Shown: positions 18,283 to 29,224 of the stretch, piece by piece
Layout of the letters: every line of letters begins with the position of its first letter
Numbering within the stretch: position 1 is the stretch's first letter
Source of the DNA: an uncultured delta proteobacterium
Lineage (GTDB): Bacteria > Myxococcota_A > Polyangia > Fen-1088
NCBI GenBank assembly: GCA_963737265.1
Contig: CAVTRY010000021.1
Location: 256,001-320,000 of the forward strand
Direction: 5' to 3'
Length of the DNA: 64,000 bases
Notes under the pieces: model-generated
What the model saw: only the letters and a program-made list of their open reading frames with translations
Database searches by the model: none
What the model was told of the DNA's origin: nothing
Position numbers and translations under genes: made by a program

Positions 18283-21200
18283 ATTTCCGCCGTCCTCGGA
18301 CGGCGGCCCCATTGAAGCGGAGGTTACCGCGGTGGGGCTCACAGCCTCATCCATGGGATTTCCGCCGTCCTCGGACGGCGGCCCCATTGAAGCCCTGACC
18401 ACGCACGCGGTTCTCTCCTCGTACGCGCATTTCCGCCGTCCTCGGACGGCGGCCCCATTGAAGCTCATGGCCACGCTCGCAGCTGGGACGAAAACCGAAT
18501 TTCCGCCGTCCTCGGACGGCGGCCCCATTGAAGCTTGCCGGCCAGCAGGCCATCGGCGCCGGCCGGGTTATTTCCGCCGTCCTCGGACGGCGGCCCCATT
18601 GAAGCTCGTTGCTCACCCACGCGGTGAACTTCTTCAGTAGGTCATTTCCGCCGTCCTCGGACGGCGGCCCCATTGAAGCGGCTATAACGAGTCGAGCGAC
18701 AACTCGCACTGGGATATTTCCGCCGTCCTCGGACGGCGGCCCCATTGAAGCGATGAGCGTCGTGAAGAAGAACGGCCCGGTGCCGAAATTTCCGCCGTCC
18801 TCGGACGGCGGCCCCATTGAAGCGTAGATGTCGCCGAGCCCGATCATGACGCCCCTCCATATTTCCGCCGTCCTCGGACGGCGGCCCCATTGAAGCAAGC
18901 CGGCGGATGACCGGAGAAAGTCTCAGAAGCTGGCATTTCCGCCGTCCTCGGACGGCGGCCCCATTGAAGCGACATGACCCGAGCTGTCCTTGACCGCGAT
19001 GCCAAGCTATTTCCGCCGTCCTCGGACGGCGGCCCCATTGAAGCGGTTGACCACGTTCAGGGCCTGGACCGCCTCCGGCCATTTCCGCCGTCCTCGGACG
19101 GCGGCCCCATTGAAGCCAGCTAGCCGTCCACACAGGACTGACCTACTCGTGGCTATTTCCGCCGTCCTCGGACGGCGGCCCCATTGAAGCTTGACCGCTT
19201 GAACTTGTGGAACAAGTCGGTGCAGGATTTCCGCCGTCCTCGGACGGCGGCCCCATTGAAGCCCGCTGGTCTGCTGGTTTTGCCGTCGCGAGATTCGATT
19301 TCCGCCGTCCTCGGACGGCGGCCCCATTGAAGCGCCATGACGTTGCAGATGTGTATTTGACACTCGTCATTTCCGCCGTCCTCGGACGGCGGCCCCATTG
19401 AAGCGTGAAGTCGACAACTTCATTAGGCGAGGACGAACGCGATTTCCCCCGTCCTCGGACGGCGGCCCCATTGAAGCGGCGGGTCACTTGACGGCGTGGC
19501 CGATGCAGTCCCGATTTCCGCCGTCCTCGGACGGCGGCCCCATTGAAGCTTGCGCCTCTCGCGTGCCGCCAGTTACACCAACAAGGATTTCCGCCGTCCT
19601 CGGACGGCGGCCCCATTGAAGCCGCTCCGCCTGCTCCGCTTGGCGCACAAGCGTATCGATTTCCGCCGTCCTCGGACGGCGGCCCCATTGAAGCGCATGA
19701 CGTGGAATTCGCAGAGGCGCTGCTGGCTGAATTTCCGCCGTCCTCGGACGGCGGCCCCATTGAAGCAGCACGTCGTTAGATCGCGCGCCGACAAAAGACG
19801 AGATTTCCGCCGTCCTCGGACGGCGGCCCCATTGAAGCGTCTCGTGGTTTGGTGCCTACGCATCGGGCTCCGCAATTTCCGCCGTCCTCGGACGGCGGCC
19901 CCATTGAAGCCTGGCACGGGGAACGGAGCCGTTTCAGGTTCTCCGGATTTCCGCCGTCCTCGGACGGCGGCCCCATTGAAGCCACATCTGCAAGCGAGCA
20001 TGATCGCGGTTCTTTCTGCATTTCCGCCGTCCTCGGACGGCGGCCCCATTGAAGCCGCACCTGATAGCGCTCGTCCGTTACCGTCGGGCAACATTTCCGC
20101 CGTCCTCGGACGGCGGCCCCATTGAAGCATTTCTCACTAATCTATTCTTGCCAGTGAGAATAGGATTTCCGCCGTCCTCGGACGGCGGCCCCATTGAAGC
20201 GCGGCATCGGCGCCAGCGGCGGCAAGGCGAGCGAGGCATTTCCGCCGTCCTCGGACGGCGGCCCCATTGAAGCTTTGTGATCCAGTCTACAGTGCTACTC
20301 CACCATCCCATATTTCCGCCGTCCTCGGACGGCGGCCCCATTGAAGCGTCGCGCCCCCACCGCCGCATGCCCGCGCAAGCTCCCCGATTTCCGCCGTCCT
20401 CGGACGGCGGCCCCATTGAAGCCGTTGCACGAACACACTAACGCCGCCCGGTTGAGAAATTTCCGCCGTCCTCGGACGGCGGCCCCATTGAAGCTGCGCG
20501 CTCGCGATTTCGGTGTCGCGCAGCTGGTTGATTTCCGCCGTCCTCGGACGGCGGCCCCATTGAAGCATTGTTTCGTCGCTGGTGGCGGACGGTCTGCTGC
20601 ACAATTTCCGCCGTCCTCGGACGGCGGCCCCATTGAAGCTCTCCAGGAACGGCCATTATGGTGCCCTCCGTGCGTATTTCCGCCGTCCTCGGACGGCGGC
20701 CCCATTGAAGCGTGCCGTCGATTTTCTCGGTAATCACGCACTGGCGCGATTTCCGCCGTCCTCGGACGGCGGCCCCATTGAAGCTGATCGCACTGGCGGT
20801 CGAGGCAACGGCGCCTGTAATCATTTCCGCCGTCCTCGGACGGCGGCCCCATTGAAGCCGCAGAGCCGCAGCCCGCATCGCTGGTGCGGCGCCGCCATTT
20901 CCGCCGTCCTCGGACGGCGGCCCCATTGAAGCTTACTCGTTTCTCTCGTGCGAGGTCGGGAAGCCCGGATTTCCGCCGTCCTCGGACGGCGGCCCCATTG
21001 AAGCTGCCGTTGCGAGCGCCCGGTCAGCGTCTCGTTCCCGCATTTCCGCCGTCCTCGGACGGCGGCCCCATTGAAGCGAGTCCTTAATCCAGGCGGTGAA
21101 CCGCGACAGCAGCCGATTTCCGCCGTCCTCGGACGGCGGCCCCATTGAAGCTCGTAGTTGAACATCACCGACGCCGCCTCCACTATGGATTTCCGCCGTC

Positions 21201-23191
21201 CTCGGACGGCGGCCCCATTGAAGCTGGACGAGACGCAGCTTGCGCTGCAACAAAGGCTTCCATTTCCGCCGTCCTCGGACGGCGGCCCCATTGAAGCGGA
21301 TACGTCGTACGCGAACCAACTCCTCGTGGCGGAGATTTCCGCCGTCCTCGGACGGCGGCCCCATTGAAGCGAATTTTCTCCCTTTCGAGGTTGCCAATTA
21401 GAGCGGTATTTCCGCCGTCCTCGGACGGCGGCCCCATTGAAGCGAGGTCACGGGCGCTTGGCTGTCGTACGGGACAACTATTTCCGCCGTCCTCGGACGG
21501 CGGCCCCATTGAAGCTAGGGCAGGTTCTTGGCGGCCTCGTGCGTTCGCAAATTTCCGCCGTCCTCGGACGGCGGCCCCATTGAAGCTTCAAGACGGTCGC
21601 GCATGTCCGGACGCCTGGCTATAGATTTCCGCCGTCCTCGGACGGCGGCCCCATTGAAGCGCAGGCAACCTTGCTGCTGCCCGGCCGGCGGTGGCTATTT
21701 CCGCCGTCCTCGGACGGCGGCCCCATTGAAGCCAACTGACCCAGGCGCAGGCACATCGAATCAAAGCGCTCATTTCCGCCGTCCTCGGACGGCGGCCCCA
21801 TTGAAGCTGCTCGACCGACATCAGCCCAGGCATCGATCAGAAATTTCCGCCGTCCTCGGACGGCGGCCCCATTGAAGCATCCGGATGAGCGCGCCGCCGT
21901 GCTCTTCCGCGGCGATTTCCGCCGTCCTCGGACGGCGGCCCCATTGAAGCTGCACAGGCTGCTCGGACGCTTGGTGTCCAAATGGAATTTCCGCCGTCCT
22001 CGGACGGCGGCCCCATTGAAGCGCGGATATCGTCTGCGTGCTCGATGCGTTCTCGAAATTTCCGCCGTCCTCGGACGGCGGCCCCATTGAAGCATCCGAT
22101 TAGTAGCGGAGCGATTTCGACCACCGCTCCGGATTTCCGCCGTCCTCGGACGGCGGCCCCATTGAAGCTGCCTACGCATCGGGCTCCGCATTGTCGACAG
22201 TTCCATTTCCGCCGTCCTCGGACGGCGGCCCCATTGAAGCCCCAGCCGCCGCATTGCCAAACGGCTGGACGATTCGTTCGATTTCCGCCGTCCTCGGACG
22301 GCGGCCCCATTGAAGCCCGATGACGATTGCCCCCTCGATGGCACTGGGCAGGTTATTTCCGCCGTCCTCGGACGGCGGCCCCATTGAAGCACGAGGCGCG
22401 GGAGGACGCTGCTCAACGATTCGAGCGTATTTCCGCCGTCCTCGGACAGCGGCCCCATTGAAGCGCCGCATGCTTCGCATAGATGACATCCTGCCTGGCC
22501 TTATTTCCGCCGTCCTCGGACGGCGGCCCCATTGAAGCCGTCGTGGATCAACTGCGCGCCCCGCCGGTACGCCGATTTCCGCCGTCCTCGGACGGCGGCC
22601 CCATTGAAGCTCGGATGTCACGCTATTGGCTGCGAGCGCCGGCACGGGGCGATTTCCGCCGTCCTCGGACGGCGGCCCCATTGAAGCCAGTCGGAGCGGG
22701 GCGGGCGATTGGTAGATGGGTTGATTTCCGCCGTCCTCGGACGGCGGCCCCATTGAAGCAGGCAACTGCGGAGAACTCGCCCGCATTCAGAACGAGCAAT
22801 TTCCGCCGTCCTCGGACGGCGGCCCCATTGAAGCAACCGGACGCCCTGCGCGCCGGATACGATCTCGATGATTTCCGCCGTCCTCGGACGGCGGCCCCAT
22901 TGAAGCGGGGCATGGCAGAGCATCGCCAACGAGGATTCGTCATTTCCGCCGTCCTCGGACGGCGGCCCCATTGAAGCTTGGCCACGCCTACCGTCCAGTT
23001 CGCGTGGTGCACCAATTTCCGCCGTCCTCGGACGGCGGCCCCATTGAAGCGAGAGGAAATCCCGATTGCGCTCGCGATTCAGCAAATTTCCGCCGTCCTC
23101 GGACGGCGGCCCCATTGAAGCGGGCCAGTAACGCATGTCTACGGAGAGATCAACTTCGATTTCCGCCGTCCTCGGACGGCGGCCCCATTGA

Positions 23192-24619
23192 CATAGGCAT
23201 TAACCCAATTCCTCCGCAAGATGTTGCTGGAACTTAACGGCGCTGCGTAGACGCTTGCGCGGGACTTGGAGTTGAAGGTGGTCAAGGAATGCCTGCAAGA
23301 AATCGGGAAACCGACTGGCGCTGATCGGCGTGAGCGCCGCGCATACGGTTTGCCAGAGGACGGTCATGAGACGCCATGGCTCGGCTACGACCCGGTGCTT
23401 TGATCGCCTGAGTCCGGCCCTGACGCCTTTCTGCGGCTCGTCGGATGCCGAACCAGTCGAGTTCTCCACAGGGGGGAATAGCCACGTTGGGTGTAGCAAG
23501 TTTGCGGGCGATCTGGGTAAGCAGCATCTTGGCGCAAATCCAGGAATAGACAGTGTCGTTGCGAAAGTTGGGCAGTCGGTCGAGCCCTGCGATGGATTTG
23601 TCCCGCTTGATGTGAAGCTCGATTTGCCAGCGGAGGCCGTATAGTTCCATGACCAGGGCGGCGGTCAGCCGCGACCTCGGTACGGTCGTGAACACCACCA
23701 CGTACTGCGCGGCCGCAAGGGTTTCCTCAGTCACAGACGGACCTTGTTCCCGTCGCGCGCGCTGCCGAGCCTCCTCTGCTTTGTCGGGCGGCAAGAGCAA
23801 CGCGCACAGCCGGCCAGCGATCGCCTTGCCACCCTGCGGATGGACCTCTGCGTACCATTCGCGTGCAACCCCCGGATGCTTGAGGCGAGCCAGCATTCGC
23901 TGAACGTCGAGTAGCTGCCCGTTCATGCCGTACAGAGGAAGCGAGCCACGGTTGTATCGGACCAGTACGTCGGCATCCGCCGCCATGATCGCCGCTATGC
24001 CAGGCGGGTTCGAGCAGCCGCGGTCGCCCATCCACAGTTGTCCCGCCTCGGCATCGAAGTTTCTGAACGTCTCGCCGCCCTTGTCATCCGTGACCTCGAT
24101 TTGCACAGGCCGCAACGTGCTCAAGCGCAGCGCATAGTGAACGCGAGCCGTGGTGCCCTCGGCTCCTGGCCGCGACACCGAAGAGCCGTCCACGATCACC
24201 ACGTCGTAGCCCGCCCATCGCTCCGCTGCGAACGAAGCCTCGGCATCCGTCATCAGCGTCACCAGTCGCGCCAGGTAGGGACCAATGGTTCTCATTCGCT
24301 TGTGCAGCCCGACTGCCGACATCTTGATCACCCCGGCCGCCGCCGCCATCGCCACCGTCACGGCCAGCGACGAGTTCGTCGCCACCTGGTACAGAATCGG
24401 CTGCAGCAAATGTGCCGCCTCGGTCACCTTCGTGCCCATGTGCGCCGGAAACTTCGTGTAGACCACGCCCATCTCGACCGCCAGATCCTCCCATCCGGAT
24501 GGAAGCTGCGCCGCAATCATTGGCCAGTCGCCCGTGGTGCTGTTCTTCGCTATGTTGTCCATCCCGAGCATATGCGGGTGTTCTTGGAGAAATCGCAAGT
24601 TTTTGGGTTAATGCCTATG
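23192..24619 (-). mobile_element. IS4-family insertion sequence (1428 bp) inside a CRISPR repeat
   Basis: Perfect 17-bp TIR CATAGGCATTAACCCAA; 11-bp TSD GGCCCCATTGA at 23181-23191 and 24620-24630. Confidence 0.92.
23282..24598 (-). CDS. IS4-family DDE transposase
   Basis: VIVDGSSV, WMGDRG, YREK-type LYGLRWQIELHIKRDK; true start may be a downstream ATG. Confidence 0.9.
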   Translation of the reverse strand: MRFLQEHPHMLGMDNIAKNSTTGDWPMIAAQLPSGWEDLAVEMGVVYTKFPAHMGTKVTEAAHLLQPILYQVATNSSLAVTVAMAAAAGVIKMSAVGLHKRMRTIGPYLARLVTLMTDAEASFAAERWAGYDVVIVDGSSVSRPGAEGTTARVHYALRLSTLRPVQIEVTDDKGGETFRNFDAEAGQLWMGDRGCSNPPGIAAIMAADADVLVRYNRGSLPLYGMNGQLLDVQRMLARLKHPGVAREWYAEVHPQGGKAIAGRLCALLLPPDKAEEARQRARREQGPSVTEETLAAAQYVVVFTTVPRSRLTAALVMELYGLRWQIELHIKRDKSIAGLDRLPNFRNDTVYSWICAKMLLTQIARKLATPNVAIPPCGELDWFGIRRAAERRQGRTQAIKAPGRSRAMASHDRPLANRMRGAHADQRQSVSRFLAGIP

Positions 24620-25622
24620 GGCCCCATTGAAGCCATTCAGAGACCCAGTCAGAACCCCTGGTGTCTCCGGTGATTTCCGCCGTCCTCGGACGGCGGCCCC
24701 ATTGAAGCAGCTGGCAGAGGAAACGCCGTCCGGTTGCTACGATGATTTCCGCCGTCCTCGGACGGCGGCCCCATTGAAGCGGGTTAGTTGGCTATTGCCA
24801 CTCCGTAGAATGCGCCATTTCCGCCGTCCTCGGACGGCGGCCCCATTGAAGCTTGGCCACGACGCCGCCACACCCGGAGCATTCTTGGATTTCCGCCGTC
24901 CTCTGACGGCGGCCCCATTGAAGCAGGATTGCCGCCACGCCGTCTTCGCTCATCGTCGATATTTCCGCCGTCCTCGGACGGCGGCCCCATTGAAGCTCCG
25001 CGGCGTGGATACTGCCTGCTTTAGCTGGCAGATTTCCGCCGTCCTCGGACGGCGGCCCCATTGAAGCCTCGGGTGGGGCGCAGGGTGTGCTGGGGCAGGT
25101 CATCGATTTCCGCCGTCCTCGGACGGCGGCCCCATTGAAGCAGAGCGTAGCGTAAGTATTGGTTCGAAAAGTACGGCATTTCCGCCGTCCTCGGACGGCG
25201 GCCCCATTGAAGCTCATTCGTCTGGCGTGGCTACCTGTAAAGACCTGCGAGATTTCCGCCGTCCTCGGACGGCGGCCCCATTGAAGCCACACCTCGCGGT
25301 AGCAATACGCGAGCGCCTCAATATCATTTCCGCCGTCCTCGGACGGCGGCCCCATTGAAGCTAGGTCTCTGGCTGCTTCTCGGCCCCGATCACCTCGATT
25401 TCCGCCGTCCTCGGACGGCGGCCCCATTGAAGCCCCGACCTGGTGCCCGATACGCGGATGCCCTGGAACACATTTCCGCCGTCCTCGGACGGCGGCCCCA
25501 TTGAAGCCACCCCAAGCTGTTTCTGTCCTCGCACGGGCGGCCCATTTCCGCCGTCCTCGGACGGCGGCCCCATTGAAGCAACATTATCCGACAAGGGGCC
25601 GAAGCAAGATCGCCAGATTTCC

Positions 25623-27113
25623 CGCCCATCACGCTTTCGGGTGAGCTTCCGTCGAGGGTCAGTGGCAGCATGAGAAATACAGGATCTGCATGAGGTTGTC
25701 GGGGTTGCGGTAGCCGTGGCCACGCTGGCTGATGCCGCGAACACGTGAATTGTTGCCTTCGAGGGCTGCGTTGGAAAGACCGTGCTTGGCCCAGGCAATA
25801 ACGCCCGACCAATGGCGCTTAATCATGTTCCAGAATCGCTTCAACGAGCCAAGTCGTTGCCAGCGTAATAGGCGACGCCAGTGGTCGAGTGCTGCAGCCA
25901 TACCGACCTCAGTGTGATAGCCCCATACGACGTCGAACTGCTCCTTGAGCAGGTACGCTACCTGGAGACGTCGGTTGAGGCGGAATAGCTCGTCAAGCTC
26001 GCGACGGCGACGCCAGTGAAGACGACGACGCTTCTTGAGCAGGAGGAACTTCTTGCCTCGGATGGCCTCGCGATACAGGCCACCCTTGCGCCAAAATTCC
26101 GCCTTGCGGACCTGGTCGACGGCGTCGGTGAGGTGGTGCTCGATGTGGAATCGGTCGAAGACGAGGTCAGCCTGTGGGGCATGTTCGCAGATGGCGTTGA
26201 TGTAGCCTTGGGCCATGTCCAGCGTGACTGCCACCAGCCGATGCGACCGGCGCGGTCCCAGCTTCACGAAAAACTGCTTGAGTGTTTCCTCCTGCTTGCC
26301 CTCGCCGATCCAAACCACGTGTCCGGCCTCGTGGTCCCAGACGATGGTCAGATACTTGTTCTGGCCTCGGCCGTAGCTGACCTCGTCGACGCCGATGATG
26401 CGAAGCTTGCGATGGAAGCGGCGCTCGACCGCATCCTCGACCCAGTGGGTGATGAGGCGCATGACGGTAGTCCAGTGCAGCCCGAGTTGGCGGCACACGC
26501 CGGCAATGGAAGTCGTGCGGGCACGCCGCAGGACCTCCGCCTCGAACATGTGAGTCATGCGCGAGCCGGTGCGCGCCCACGGGACCTGTTCGACCCGGAT
26601 CCCACAGCGGCGACAGCGCACGCGCCGCAGAGGCGCGATGACGACCGTGCGGATGCCCCAACCGTCGAGATGACGCCAGGCCCGGGCGCAATTCTTGATA
26701 TCCAGCGCGCAGCGCTTGGTCTCTCCACAGCCGGAGCACACAGCCGACTGCCTGGTCGGATACAGGTGTACATGCCAGGAGCCATCGGTACCGCTGTAGC
26801 TGTCGAAACTGACACGCCAGCCGTTTGCAATGGCCAGCTGCAATGCCAAAATACCAGGGACGGACGTTCGTTGGGAGTTCCTCGTGATTTGCATAAACCC
26901 GAAGGATCACCGACGGACGTCCACTTTTCATTTCGCGCACCGTCGCGCGCGGCGACGAGATCCTCGTCGTCGCATAGCAGCACCTGAGCCGCCAGCGAGG
27001 AGGCCGTCACCCGTAGGGCCGGAGCGAAGCGGAGGAGGCGCGAAGCGCCTTGCCGGCCCCCGGAGCGGCGGCTACGCCGTTGCCTTCGCAATCACCCGAA
27101 CGCGCGATGAACC
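25623..27113 (-). mobile_element. ISL3-family element A, copy 1 (1491 bp)
   Basis: Imperfect 22-bp TIRs (GGTTCATCGCGCGTTCGGGTGA / CGCCCATCACGCTTTCGGGTGA); 8-bp TSD AGATTTCC at 25615-25622 and 27114-27121. Confidence 0.93.
25659..26894 (-). CDS. ISL3 transposase
   Basis: Zinc finger CSGC...CRRC; IGVDEVSY, TLDMAQGY, VFDRFH, SNAALEGNNSRV. Confidence 0.95.
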   Translation of the reverse strand: MQITRNSQRTSVPGILALQLAIANGWRVSFDSYSGTDGSWHVHLYPTRQSAVCSGCGETKRCALDIKNCARAWRHLDGWGIRTVVIAPLRRVRCRRCGIRVEQVPWARTGSRMTHMFEAEVLRRARTTSIAGVCRQLGLHWTTVMRLITHWVEDAVERRFHRKLRIIGVDEVSYGRGQNKYLTIVWDHEAGHVVWIGEGKQEETLKQFFVKLGPRRSHRLVAVTLDMAQGYINAICEHAPQADLVFDRFHIEHHLTDAVDQVRKAEFWRKGGLYREAIRGKKFLLLKKRRRLHWRRRRELDELFRLNRRLQVAYLLKEQFDVVWGYHTEVGMAAALDHWRRLLRWQRLGSLKRFWNMIKRHWSGVIAWAKHGLSNAALEGNNSRVRGISQRGHGYRNPDNLMQILYFSCCH

Positions 27114-29224
27114 AGATTTCCGCCGTCCTCGGACGGCGGCCCCATTGAAGCCAATGCGCTGGGCGCGCAGGTATTCGAGCGTCTTGCATTTCCGCCGTCC
27201 TCGGACGGCGGCCCCATTGAAGCAAGGTGCTTTATCGAGATGCCAGGGTTGCAGACTGGAATTTCCGCCGTCCTCGGACGGCGGCCCCATTGAAGCGCAG
27301 CGCAAAAAATCGTGCTTTACTTCACCGCAGGCAATTTCCGCCGTCCTCGGACGGCGGCCCCATTGAAGCGATACTTCCTGGAAAGTGCCGTAGCTGGGGA
27401 CGGGAATTTCCGCCGTCCTCGGACGGCGGCCCCATTGAAGCTCGCAGGAATTGAACCTAGATCCCAGCGCAGCCACAGATTTCCGCCGTCCTCGGACGGC
27501 GGCCCCATTGAAGCTTGTACTCACGGTCAAACACAGCGCCGCGCCATTGTGATTTCCGCCGTCCTCGGACGGCGGCCCCATTGAAGCACGGGATGCCTGG
27601 AATACGTCCTCGCCGACATCAACGAAATTTCCGCCGTCCTCGGACGGCGGCCCCATTGAAGCACGATCAGCTCCTGATGGGTGGCATCTGATTTACTGAT
27701 TTCCGCCGTCCTCGGACGGCGGCCCCATTGAAGCCGTAGCCGCGCCTGCGTTGACGTAGACACCCTTTGATTTCCGCCGTCCTCGGACGGCGGCCCCATT
27801 GAAGCACCTCTGGCATCTACACGACGTGGTCGCTGCACTGTATTTCCGCCGTCCTCGGACGGCGGCCCCATTGAAGCGCGGCTGACGTCTACGTCGGCGA
27901 CATCCTGACACAGATTTCCGCCGTCCTCGGACGGCGGCCCCATTGAAGCATCCACAGACAGCAACCAGGGGTCAGCAGCGACAACGATTTCCGCCGTCCT
28001 CGGACGGCGGCCCCATTGAAGCCTGGTAGGTGACGAGCGGCGGAGTCGCAGCGGCGCTCATTTCCGCCGTCCTCGGACGGCGGCCCCATTGAAGCCCAAA
28101 TATCAGCAGTGGGGCCGTTGTCACAGGAAGAGGATTTCCGCCGTCCTCGGACGGCGGCCCCATTGAAGCGCTGCGGTCGCGATTCGGCGCCGATGCCGGG
28201 GCGGATGATTTCCGCCGTCCTCGGACGGCGGCCCCATTGAAGCGACATGGACGATGCGAGCGTCGATCCGACGATCGAATTTCCGCCGTCCTCGGACGGC
28301 GGCCCCATTGAAGCTCCCATTCGACCCGAAACATCGCCAGACGTTCCGGCATTTCCGCCGTCCTCGGACGGCGGCCCCATTGAAGCACAAAGGAAACAAA
28401 GGTAGTCGATGGTGTTACCTTGATTTCCGCCGTCCTCGGACGGCGGCCCCATTGAAGCTGGGAAGAGGCCTTGAGTGACGACCGGATCGCCGCCGATTTC
28501 CGCCGTCCTCGGACGGCGGCCCCATTGAAGCGCAGGCAACGAGAGGGTCGTGGTGGGCTCGGTGCAGACATTTCCGCCGTCCTCGGACGGCGGCCCCATT
28601 GAAGCCTTATTCATTTTGGCTGGCATTACCGTAGACCTTGGATTTCCGCCGTCCTCGGACGGCGGCCCCATTGAAGCAAACTCAGCTTCGGCCGATTCAC
28701 TGGTTTCATAGTATTTCCGCCGTCCTCGGACGGCGGCCCCATTGAAGCTGTGGGGGCGAATCGTAGCCATCGAGCAGAAACTGGATTTCCGCCGTCCTCG
28801 GACGGCGGCCCCATTGAAGCCAGGGCCTCTCGGATCAAAGGCAATCTTGAGGCGGTATTTCCGCCGTTCTCGGACGGCGGCCCCATTGAAGCAAGCTGCC
28901 AGGCGGGCTCAACTGCAAGCCAAGGTGCAATTTCCGCCGTCCTCGGACGGCGGCCCCATTGAAGCCGCTTCAGGCTGCCCACCACGTCTGCCAGTCCAGG
29001 TGATTTCCGCCGTCCTCGGACGGCGGCCCCATTGAAGCAATCGCCCCTTTTTCGCGCACGCTGGCCCCGCCATGTTATTTCCGCCGTCCTCGGACGGCGG
29101 CCCCATTGAAGCCCACCGGCCCGAGTTCCGCGAGCATCGACTGGCCAATTTCCGCCGTCCTCGGACGGCGGCCCCATTGAAGCCCGTTTGTGCACATGAG
29201 CGACGGTAGCGGTGCAACATTTCC

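Noticed and set aside
20129-20164. Spacers with internal inverted repeats (TTCTCACT...AGTGAGAA here; CGGAGCG...CGCTCCG near 22104)
   Set aside because: Could be invader operators or terminators, but two cases among about 114 spacers cannot be told from chance.
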